Source: an uncultured Spirochaetota bacterium (GTDB taxonomy: Bacteria > Spirochaetota > Spirochaetia > SZUA-6 > Fen-1364). From it: a stretch of 64,000 nucleotides of DNA. Positions 48,701-56,599 of the stretch are shown piece after piece (within the stretch, counting starts at the first letter, position 1; every line of letters starts with the position of its first letter). The notes under the pieces were generated by a model. The model searched no databases and was not told the origin of the DNA. It saw only the letters and a program-made list of their open reading frames with translations. The stretch is taken from positions 3,072,001 through 3,136,000 of the forward strand of contig CAWGAA010000001.1 of assembly GCA_963820525.1 (NCBI GenBank). The letters are read 5' to 3'. The position numbers were made by a program, and so were the translations under genes.

Positions 48701-49217
48701 CCGGATTTCGGCCGTGATTGGCCAGCGCTGCACGCCGGACGAACCCGAAGCGCTCGCTGGTCATCCAGGCGTACGAGAAGGTCATGGAGAGGTCGTGGTT
48801 GGTCTCCTCGAAGATGATCTTGTTGCCGTATGCGCTCTTCATGAGACGGCGCGAGACCCGGTACAGCCCGTCGAAGCGCCGGGAGAACGGCTCCCACAGC
48901 CACGTCTTTCCGCTTCGAGCGACGCGAAGGACCGTCACGCTCCCGGTCTGGTCCTGGCTGTCGTGGATCCGGTCGTCCGTGTAATAGGGGAAGAGAGCGT
49001 GATCCGGGTCCCTGCGGCCCGCGGTGAGCGCGCCATTGCTGGAGATGAACAGCCAGTGATCGGATTCGCTTACCAGGCTCATGAAGAACGGCGGCATGGC
49101 GTCGTAGTTGGCGATGCAGTAGAACGGCTCCCCGTCGATCTCGACGCAACCGCCCTCCACGGGCCGCGAGCCGTCCTTCAAGGCGATGCCGGCCACGGAG
49201 ACGTCACAATCCATCAC
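45756..49217 (-). CDS. Putative beta-1,3-glucan phosphorylase (GH149-like)
   Basis: 1153 aa; FSRRHGDPSRPWN, YQGNWRDIFQNWE, RPEWNDANNAL, YEGLGC.YWHM; adjacent to GH16. Confidence 0.7.
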   Translation of the reverse strand: MMDCDVSVAGIALKDGSRPVEGGCVEIDGEPFYCIANYDAMPPFFMSLVSESDHWLFISSNGALTAGRRDPDHALFPYYTDDRIHDSQDQTGSVTVLRVARSGKTWLWEPFSRRFDGLYRVSRRLMKSAYGNKIIFEETNHDLSMTFSYAWMTSERFGFVRRAALANHGRNPAAVEILDGIQNVMPYGLTNRFQLMYSTLADGYRESELEAETGLGLFKLSSIPMDKAEPSEALRVTTVWCGGLQSRKTLLSVSQIDRFRCEGSVLEETEVRGRRGAYLVSAGLALPSNCRREWHVVADVNQDAANVKATLQALRGNGDLAAEVERDVARGTENLVRIAASSDGLQLTEDHLATWRHFSNTLFNVMRGGVPDDGYRISRQDLESFVRNANRRVAEEQRDFFTPLPETILHGDLLALARGRGDPDLERLTHEYLPLTFSRRHGDPSRPWNNFAIEVKDEHGLKIRNYQGNWRDIFQNWEALCLSFPGYIESMIFKFVDASTADGYNPYRITREGFDWEVINPHDAWSFIGYWGDHQVIYLLKLLEESTRYHPDALDGLLSRAVFTYANVPYRIKGYDAMLENPRKTIEFAAARSEEILARAARMGAEGKSLSSRDGSPYRVNLTEKLLLLVLTRLSNYIPEAGIWMNTQRPEWNDANNALVGYGVSMVTLYYLRRFLAFSSGLFASAASREMEISEEVFTLFQRTREALLHSTPLLDGPISDRDRKAVLDLLGKAGSDYRSGIYSRGFSEMRVAVNASELEEFSGIALRHVDHSIRANRRPDGLYHSYNVMRVIDGQRIAIRRLSEMLEGQVAVLSSGALSPEESAALLDTLRSSRLYREDQNSYLLYPDRRLPRFLEKNRIPGRAVEKSKLLREMLGKGDRRIAIRDVEGEAHFNGSFRNAELLREALEGLKGEYGPLVEDEGKTLLELYEQVFDHESFTGRSGAFFKYEGLGCVYWHMVSKLALAVHEVLARAIEAGASAETVDSLRTAYRDIREGIGVHKSPRQYGAIPTDPYSHTPGFAGAQQPGMTGQVKEDIITRLGEMGVRIVGGRISFDPALVARDEFLKNPARFRFFDLEGARSVLELGPGTLAFTICQVPVVLHLSGGRRIEVRVDDGSLEAFDGLELDAETSTAIFQRTGKVKRMEVFFDFSG

Positions 49218-49996
49218 CGCTTCTCCGTCGTGATCTGCACCCAGTCGACAAGCATCCTCGCCTTGTCCTCCTTGATCAAAGCGACCGTGGATGAGGGAAT
49301 GCCCAGGTAGGGAGAGCGGACCCCGTTGGTGTTCACGGGGTAGACGCCGCCCAGGGCGAGGTTGAGGATCAGGTACTTGTCGTTGTCGTATGCCCAGCGG
49401 CCAAAGCGTTCGACGGTTTCCCGCCTCATATCGCGCACCGGCGTTTCATCAACCGTAAAAAGCAGGCTGTCCGGCGTCCACTCCACGGCATACACGTGCC
49501 AGGAGGCGGCGTCCTCGCCCGGCGGGAAAAATCTTTTGGCAACCAGCGCCGAATCCGCGCTGTATCCGGGACCGTGAAGCGCAACGCTCACCCAGTCCGG
49601 CTCGCCCACGTTCTCCATGATGTCGATCTCTCCGGTATCGGGCCATAGCCCCCTCGCGCCCAGAGCCCAGAACGCGGGCCACAGCCCGGGCCCCGACGGC
49701 AGCTTCAGCCGTGCGGCCACTTTCCCATAGCGGAACTCCAGCTTTCCCCGCGTATCTATCCGTCCGGAGATGAAGTCACGCGTCTTTCCTTCGGAGGTGA
49801 CGAACTTTTCCCGGTAGCGCGCGGCGATGACCAGCGCGGCCCCCGCGGCCCCCTGCGCCTCCTCGCCCCGGGCGATAAAGATCGTCTCGGGTGAATCCAC
49901 GTACGCCTGCTCCTCGTTGTTGGGCGGCCGGCCGGACACCGTGACGTTCCAGACCGAACGATCCAGGCCCGATGAAAAATCGTCGAAAAAATGCAT
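49214..49996 (-). CDS. GH16 beta-glucanase (laminarinase-like)
   Basis: GLWPAFW, GEIDIMEN catalytic motif, LILNLALGG. Confidence 0.92.
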   Translation of the reverse strand: MHFFDDFSSGLDRSVWNVTVSGRPPNNEEQAYVDSPETIFIARGEEAQGAAGAALVIAARYREKFVTSEGKTRDFISGRIDTRGKLEFRYGKVAARLKLPSGPGLWPAFWALGARGLWPDTGEIDIMENVGEPDWVSVALHGPGYSADSALVAKRFFPPGEDAASWHVYAVEWTPDSLLFTVDETPVRDMRRETVERFGRWAYDNDKYLILNLALGGVYPVNTNGVRSPYLGIPSSTVALIKEDKARMLVDWVQITTEKR

Positions 49997-50061
49997 GTGT
50001 CTCCTCAAAAGTGCGCGGAAGCTGGTCGCGAAGCGCCGGCCGGTGGGGCCAAGCACGACGC

Positions 50062-50940
50062 CTACCCCCGTATGGACCCCTGCAGCACCCCCGCGATGAT
50101 CCATCTCTGGAGAGCGAGGTAGAGCGCTACCATTGGGATCATCAGCATCAGAATCGCCGCCGCCAGTGTGGTCCAATCGTTTCCGAACTGGCCGTAGAAG
50201 ACCATCAAGCCCCGCGTGATGGGCATGAGGGCCTTCTTGGGCAGGTAGATCAACGGCGTCACGTAGTCGTTCCAGATCCCGATCGCGTGCAGCACGATGA
50301 CGCTGGCAAGGGCGGGTTTCATCAGCGGGATCGCTATCCGCGTCACGAAACGGAAATATCCGCACCCGTCCATGGCCGCCGCCTCGTCGAGCTCCCGGGG
50401 AAGCCCGCTGAGATAGTTGATGAGGATCACCACGCCGATGGGATCCACGACGAACAGAAGGATGTACCCCAGGCGCGTATTGTAGAGGTGAAGGCGGAGC
50501 ATCATCTGGAACTGCGGGATCAACGCGTTGGGCAGGAACAGGGCGATCACGAACAGGGTGAAGAAAAAAGAGCTGCCCTTCACGTAGCGCCGTGAAATCG
50601 GGAACGCGACGAATACCGCGGTGATGACGTAGAACGCGGTCGCGATCACGGCATAGAGAAGTGAGTTGGAGACGTACAGGGGGAAGCTCGCCCGGTTCCA
50701 GGCGTTGGGGAAGTTCTCGGCGTGAAAGCCCGTGGCAAGCGAGGTGGGATCGAGATTGAACTCCTGCTTGGTCTTGAGGGCGACGTTGACCACGGTGAAC
50801 ATCGGCACGAGGTAGACGGCGGCCACCACGATGAGCACCGCGTACACGGAGGCGCTTTTACCCAGGCGCTGCCGGAGCGCTTCCCGCCTCATCGCGGGAG
50901 CGCGGGCGGCGGAATCGCCGCGTTCAGGTGTCGTGTTCAT
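50062..50940 (-). CDS. Carbohydrate ABC transporter permease
   Basis: LPRELDEAAAMDG EAA motif. Confidence 0.92.
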   Translation of the reverse strand: MNTTPERGDSAARAPAMRREALRQRLGKSASVYAVLIVVAAVYLVPMFTVVNVALKTKQEFNLDPTSLATGFHAENFPNAWNRASFPLYVSNSLLYAVIATAFYVITAVFVAFPISRRYVKGSSFFFTLFVIALFLPNALIPQFQMMLRLHLYNTRLGYILLFVVDPIGVVILINYLSGLPRELDEAAAMDGCGYFRFVTRIAIPLMKPALASVIVLHAIGIWNDYVTPLIYLPKKALMPITRGLMVFYGQFGNDWTTLAAAILMLMIPMVALYLALQRWIIAGVLQGSIRG

Positions 50941-51872
50941 CCCAGTATCCGCCTCTCTCTCCGCCGCATGAGGTATTGCGCCGTCAGTCCCACCACGAGC
51001 ACGAGCAGGAACAGGGCGACCGATGCCGCGGCGCCGTAGCCCTGCCGCATCGCGACGGAGGTGGGGTTAGCCGTCTGGCGTCCGAAGGCAAGGGCGTACA
51101 CCCAGATGCCGAGGACCTGCGTGCCGTTGGTCACCCCTTTCATGACGAGGAGCAGCTGCCACGCCTGGAGAGACCCGATGATCGCCAAGAGCAGGTTGGT
51201 GTTCAGGCTGGGCGTCAGCAGGGGATAGGTGATATGGCGGAAGGCCTCCCACCCCGTGGCGCCGTCGATCCGCGCCGACTCGATGAGCTCGTTGGGGATG
51301 GTCTGAAGACCTCCCAGGAAGATGATCATCGTGATCCCCATGTTGGCCCAGATCTGCACCCAGATGACCCAGCTGAAGGCCTGGAGGGGAGGTCCGCCCA
51401 GGAACTCGCTTCTGCCGCCGAGCAGCCCGAGGAGCTTCGCCGCCGGGCCGCCCAGGGGGTAGAGGAACAGGGTCCACATGAGGCCCACGATGGTCACGCC
51501 GAGGATGACGGGCAGAAAGAAGAGCGTGCGGAAAAAGTTCGTGCCTTTCAGCCGCTGGTTGAGAAGCACGGCGACCAGGAGCCCGAACGCGGTCTGTACC
51601 ACCGTCACGACGAGGGAGAACTCCAGGGTCCGCACGAAGATGTCCCGGTTGTCCCGGACGTTGGCGCCCATGAGGAGGAACTCCTTGTAGTTGTCCAGCC
51701 CGATCCAGCGGATGGGAGTGCCCAGAAGGCCGGAGGCGTCGGTGAATGAGAGGGCCGCGGTGGCCAGTGACGGGCCGAGCGATACGAAAAAATAGAAGAA
51801 GATCCCGGGGAGCATGAGCAGGTACGGAGCCAGCCGGGTCCGCCTGCTTCCGAAATGGTAAACCGATCTCAT
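50937..51872 (-). CDS. Carbohydrate ABC transporter permease
   Basis: WIGLDNY, GLQTIPNELIESARIDGA. Confidence 0.92.
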   Translation of the reverse strand: MRSVYHFGSRRTRLAPYLLMLPGIFFYFFVSLGPSLATAALSFTDASGLLGTPIRWIGLDNYKEFLLMGANVRDNRDIFVRTLEFSLVVTVVQTAFGLLVAVLLNQRLKGTNFFRTLFFLPVILGVTIVGLMWTLFLYPLGGPAAKLLGLLGGRSEFLGGPPLQAFSWVIWVQIWANMGITMIIFLGGLQTIPNELIESARIDGATGWEAFRHITYPLLTPSLNTNLLLAIIGSLQAWQLLLVMKGVTNGTQVLGIWVYALAFGRQTANPTSVAMRQGYGAAASVALFLLVLVVGLTAQYLMRRRERRILG

Positions 51873-51959
51873 CGTTTCGTTCCTTCGCGGAAGCGCTTGG
51901 AAGCGAGGCTTCCCGGCATGGGCCGGGAAGCCTCATTGTCAATGATAGCGGAGATGCGC

Positions 51960-53249
51960 CTACTTCGACGCCTTGAGACCGGCGTCAAGGTCTGCCTGGG
52001 CCTGGGCGGCCATTTTTTTGGGGTCGTCCCACTGGTTGAAAGGCTTGAAGAACGCGGCATTGGGCTGCGCCCACTGTCCGGTTCCCTTGGGCTGCACCCA
52101 GAGCAGCTCGTAGCCCAGGCGGAAGTTGGCGAGGTACGGCGCCACTTCCTTGCCGAGGGTGGTTCCGAGCTTGGCGGTGGGCTGGGTCGGCATGATGCCG
52201 GTCGCGTTGACATACGCCTGATAGTTTTCGGGCTGGGAGAAGAACGCCAGCCATTTCAGCGCCGCGTCCTTGTTCGCCGTCTTCGCTGCCACAACCCAAC
52301 CCACGTCGTATTTTCCGGCCAGATATTTGTTGTCGTTGGGGTTGTCGCTGCCCGGCATGGGGAAGTAGCCGTAGTTCAGCTTGGGGTTGGCGCTTTCGAT
52401 TGCGGGCGCGTCCCACGAACCCGCCGGAAGCATGGCCGCCGCGCCGGAAGCGAAGCGCCCCGGGGCGCCGTCAAAGGAGATGCCGCTTGCGCCCTGCTCG
52501 ATCATGTCCCGCGCCATGACCTGCATCTTCTTCCACATGTCGAGGGACTTCGCGTCGTTCCACTTCGCCGTGCCCGTCCACAGCCCCTTCACCAGGGCCG
52601 CCTGGTCGGGGTACTGGGCAACGAGGATTCCATAGCCGGCCACCAGGACGGGCCAGCCGTCCTTGCCGCCCGCCGTCATCGCGCTCACGCCGTTTTTCTT
52701 GAAGGTGTTGCAGGCCGCCACAAGCTCGTTCCAGGTCTTGGGGACTTTCACGCCGTACTTGGCGAACAGGTCCTTGTTGTAGAACACGCCGGTGAACGCA
52801 TAGCGTCCCGTGTTGACCTCGTACACCCTGCCGTTGAACGAGCCGGCGTCCTTGACCGCGGACGCATCGTAGTACTTCAGGAAGGGCTGGCCGGTAAGGT
52901 CCATCAGCATCCCCGCCTCGATCAGGGTCTGCCAGTTCGGCTTGTCCGCGTTCTTCATGAAGGGCTGAATGCCTTGAGCGAACCCGAACATGTCGATGAC
53001 ATCCACGTCGTTCGCCGTGAGGCGCGTCTGGGTGGAAGTAGCCAGCTCGTCCGCCTTCACCACCGACGTGTTGACGCTGATGTCGGGGTACTGGGCCTGG
53101 AACTTCGTGTTGAAGGCGGTGATGTAGTCCACCAGGGGCGCGTTCTGGTGGATCAGGAGCTCCAGCGTCACCTTCTTGCCCTGGCCGAATGCCAGGCAGG
53201 GAAGGACCAGGAGCAGGACGATCGCGAGAAAGAGCCACCTCTTCTTCAT
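51960..53249 (-). CDS. Sugar ABC transporter substrate-binding protein
   Basis: Signal peptide, VFYNKDLFAKYG.KVPKTWNEL. Confidence 0.9.
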   Translation of the reverse strand: MKKRWLFLAIVLLLVLPCLAFGQGKKVTLELLIHQNAPLVDYITAFNTKFQAQYPDISVNTSVVKADELATSTQTRLTANDVDVIDMFGFAQGIQPFMKNADKPNWQTLIEAGMLMDLTGQPFLKYYDASAVKDAGSFNGRVYEVNTGRYAFTGVFYNKDLFAKYGVKVPKTWNELVAACNTFKKNGVSAMTAGGKDGWPVLVAGYGILVAQYPDQAALVKGLWTGTAKWNDAKSLDMWKKMQVMARDMIEQGASGISFDGAPGRFASGAAAMLPAGSWDAPAIESANPKLNYGYFPMPGSDNPNDNKYLAGKYDVGWVVAAKTANKDAALKWLAFFSQPENYQAYVNATGIMPTQPTAKLGTTLGKEVAPYLANFRLGYELLWVQPKGTGQWAQPNAAFFKPFNQWDDPKKMAAQAQADLDAGLKASK

Positions 53250-53278
53250 TTCTCCCTCCTTGTAGGATTTGGATTCAA

Positions 53279-53335
53279 TTAGTTCGTTTCCGATACGAAC
53301 TAACCTGATATTACCATACATCTCCCTTTTGTCAA
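53279..53335 (-). promoter_or_regulatory. Promoter and ROK/XylR-type operator of the sugar operon
   Basis: Perfect IR TTAGTTCGT-N7-ACGAACTAA (53279-53303) downstream of TTGACA (53335-53330). Confidence 0.7.
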
Positions 53336-53574
53336 GTGAAACTTTCAAGGCGAGCGGGGAGCCATGGCGCCGCCGGAGGGGGCGGCGTTCCCGCCTTGAC
53401 GCCCTGCACGATCGCGGCGCCCTCCCCGTGAGATACGGCGCGCCCGCCACGACACGCGGCACGGTTCTCGTGAAACGCGGCGCCCGGGATGCGGCGTGCG
53501 GCGCCCCCGCCTCTTGCAGGATGGGTGCTTTCCTCATAAGCTGTCGGGCAGAACGATTCGCGCACGAGCTTGGT

Positions 53575-54735
53575 ATGGCGAATAAGATAAACGAAATCAA
53601 TACTTCCCGCGTTCTTCAGAAACTCTGGTACAGCAAGGGAATCAGCCGTGCCGACATCTCCCGGGAGCTGGGGCTGGGCAAGTCCACGATAACCAAGATC
53701 ATGAACGTGCTTCTCGCGCGCAATCTGGTGAAGATCGTTCGGGGAGGGCAGTCGGGACCCAGCGGCGGACGCAGGCCGCTGCACCTGATGATCAATGGCC
53801 AATACGGATACATCCTCGGGCTGGAGATCCAGACCGAGTTCTTCAAGGCCGTCGCGGTGGACCTTTTGGGCGAGATCATCTTTTCCCATTCCCAACCCAT
53901 CTCGTTTTCCCAAAAGAGCATCGTCTCCACCTTCCTCAAGGTGATGCGGACGCTGAAGGGCAAGATGCGCGCCATCGATCTCCCTCTTATTGGAATCGGC
54001 GTCGGGATCGCCGGGATCATCGACCCGTTCCAGGGCGTCATCGTTCAGTCAAACCCTCTGAACATCGACAGGCAGGTCCGCTTCTACGACGAGATCGCGG
54101 GCGCCCTGGAGGCTCCCGTGCTGATCGAGAACGACGCCAACTGCTGCTGCTGGGGCGAGCTCGCTTTCCGCAAGACCGAGAGGCACAATAACTTCGTCTT
54201 TGTGCTGGGAGAGTTCCGCCGGGGACGCACCTTGAGCTCGGAGTATTGGGGCATCGCCGTCGGGCTGGGCTTCGTGCTCAACGGCAAGGTGTACCACGGG
54301 CAGGAGTTCTCCGCGGGGGAGTTTCAGAGCATCCTCTGGGACGCCTCGAACCACGGTCAATTCTCGGTCACCGATGAGGAGTCCAAGCGGATAAAGAAGG
54401 ACAAGAAAGTGCTTCGCAAGGTGATCACGGAGCTTTCATCGCACGTCGGATTCCTCGTGAACACCCTCAACCTCAAGTCCGTAGTGATCGGGGGACAGAT
54501 CAGCGAGTACAAGGAAGATGTCTTTCGGATCCTCGACGCGGAGGTCCAGAAGAACTGGTCATACCCGAACCGTGTGGAGTGCTCCATCGAGTTCGCGGTT
54601 CTTGGAGACATGGCGGTCGCCTACGGGGCGGCGGGAATGTTCCTGGAGAGGTTCTTTTCCATCCCCGAGGTCATCGAATCTCCTGCCCGCGCAACTCCAT
54701 CAATGGTCGGCGCGCTTCGGGCGCTCAGGCGCTGA
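53575..54735 (+). CDS. ROK family transcriptional regulator
   Basis: ISRADISRELGL HTH, GGRRP, IENDAN, AGE. Confidence 0.9.
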   Translation: MANKINEINTSRVLQKLWYSKGISRADISRELGLGKSTITKIMNVLLARNLVKIVRGGQSGPSGGRRPLHLMINGQYGYILGLEIQTEFFKAVAVDLLGEIIFSHSQPISFSQKSIVSTFLKVMRTLKGKMRAIDLPLIGIGVGIAGIIDPFQGVIVQSNPLNIDRQVRFYDEIAGALEAPVLIENDANCCCWGELAFRKTERHNNFVFVLGEFRRGRTLSSEYWGIAVGLGFVLNGKVYHGQEFSAGEFQSILWDASNHGQFSVTDEESKRIKKDKKVLRKVITELSSHVGFLVNTLNLKSVVIGGQISEYKEDVFRILDAEVQKNWSYPNRVECSIEFAVLGDMAVAYGAAGMFLERFFSIPEVIESPARATPSMVGALRALRR

Positions 54736-54829
54736 TCCCGGGTTCGACCCATTGTCGACTCACCCCCTTGACGCCGGGGTATGATATGCAATCAGATCAA
54801 AAGAGACCGGCGACAAGCGGAAAGGGCGC

Positions 54830-56599
54830 ATGGCGAAAGCGGCTGGCAAACATCGACGAACGGAGGCTCGTTCCCTTGCGGAAACGGTTCGCTCGATTCT
54901 GGCCGGCCCGGATCAGGAAGCACTTCGGCGGGTAATCGAAAAATCAATCGCGGTGAGCTCCGGCAAGGGGGGTGTTGGAAAGACCATCACCGCCTGCAAC
55001 CTGGCCATCCACTATGCCCGCAAGGGCCTGCGCGTCGGTCTGGTCGACCTCGACCCTCTCTCCGACGTTGCGTCTCTGCTCGACCTCCATGAATCCGAAC
55101 AGGCCCTGTCGGAATCCGAAAGCGACGGACAGAACGCAGGCGATGGTCTGGAGGCGAACCTTCTTCCCGTTTTCAAGAGCCTGGAGATCGTATTCCCTTT
55201 CCAGAAGCTGGCAGATGAGCAGGCACGGAGCCTGATCGAGAAGCTCTACAGCCGGTTTCTCAAGGAGCTCGATGCTCGGTTCAACGTGCTTCTCTTCGAC
55301 ATGCCCGCGGGAATGCGCTACGACGACAACCTCGCCTACATTCCATTCATGAAGCGCTTGATTCTGGTGACAAACCCCGAGCCGACGGCGCACGCCTCCG
55401 CCGGAGCCTACGCCAAGGAAGTCCAGCGGCTCTTCCCCGGCACAACGATCCACATCTGGCACAATCGCTACTCCGCGAACCTGAAAGAGGGATTTCATCC
55501 CAGCGACGTCGCCGGGAACTACAACCGCTTCGTCGACCCGGCGGACCAGTTGACCGCCCAGGAGCAGACCCTGCTCAAGGATTTCGCCTTTGTCCCTGAA
55601 GATCCTGCCCTCGATCTCCTGCAGGGGGAGCCCAGCCCGGCAATCCACACATTGAAGTGCATGAGGGACAGCCTGGACCACGTTCACGGGAGGCTGCTCT
55701 CCCAGGCAGCACGGAAACTGCAAGTTCCCCACCCGCTTCGCAGCCTCGTCACGTTCTATGTCCACCGCCATCCGAAAATCGACAAGCCCTCCGAGTACAT
55801 CGCGAGTCTCGCCGAGTATATCGCAGGCGTTGTCGCGGCAATTGCCAAAGACACCGCACAGATGGCAGGCGGAAACTCGGGGTCTGGGGACGGGCTTCAA
55901 GTCTTCTCCCCGGAGGAGAAGAGCGCCATCGAGGGGTTCCTAACCAGGATCAAGGCAAGCGGGCTGCGCCGCGAGCTCCTCCAGCTGCAGGAGCTTTTAT
56001 CCGAGAAGGCCAGACGGATGGAGGAAGCCCGCGGCACGTTCACGAGCGGCTTGCCCGTGAACCAGGACAATTCGGTGGACCGCGATATCGGCCGCCTCCT
56101 TGTTGTGCTGAACAAGGCGGCGCGGGGAAACGCTGTGCTGCGAAGCCATGGCGTACTGCTTCTGTTTCACTTCTCCCTGTACAAGCTGTTCCAGTCCAAG
56201 ACGCTGCTGCGGCTGCTCCATGACCTGATTCCGCGAAAGACAAACCGCCAGGGAAAGAAGGTGCGGGACCGCTTCCGCCAGATCCAGATCCTCGTGGAAG
56301 GAGATCCCGAGTATCGGGCGAGCTATCTGAAGACGATGCGAAGCCTTTTCACGATCGTCCGGCGTCAGCTCGTTTCGATTGCGGAGGCGTTGGAGCTTTC
56401 GGACCTCGTCCTCCTTGACGGCGAGTCCCGGGTAGACAGCCGCTCCTATGTGAAGCTTCTCACCGCGTTCCTGCACGAAACGCTGTACAGCGGGCTGAGC
56501 GTCATCGTCGGGTTCGACTACCGGTCCACCGCGATCTCATTCCGAAGCGCCGCGGACAGGCTGCTGGCGACGATACGACCGGCAGTAGGGAGCGGGTAG
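54830..56599 (+). CDS. MinD/FlhG/ParA-family ATPase with long C-terminal extension
   Basis: SGKGGVGKT deviant Walker A, VDLD, DMPAG, VTNPEPTA. Confidence 0.8.
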   Translation: MAKAAGKHRRTEARSLAETVRSILAGPDQEALRRVIEKSIAVSSGKGGVGKTITACNLAIHYARKGLRVGLVDLDPLSDVASLLDLHESEQALSESESDGQNAGDGLEANLLPVFKSLEIVFPFQKLADEQARSLIEKLYSRFLKELDARFNVLLFDMPAGMRYDDNLAYIPFMKRLILVTNPEPTAHASAGAYAKEVQRLFPGTTIHIWHNRYSANLKEGFHPSDVAGNYNRFVDPADQLTAQEQTLLKDFAFVPEDPALDLLQGEPSPAIHTLKCMRDSLDHVHGRLLSQAARKLQVPHPLRSLVTFYVHRHPKIDKPSEYIASLAEYIAGVVAAIAKDTAQMAGGNSGSGDGLQVFSPEEKSAIEGFLTRIKASGLRRELLQLQELLSEKARRMEEARGTFTSGLPVNQDNSVDRDIGRLLVVLNKAARGNAVLRSHGVLLLFHFSLYKLFQSKTLLRLLHDLIPRKTNRQGKKVRDRFRQIQILVEGDPEYRASYLKTMRSLFTIVRRQLVSIAEALELSDLVLLDGESRVDSRSYVKLLTAFLHETLYSGLSVIVGFDYRSTAISFRSAADRLLATIRPAVGSG

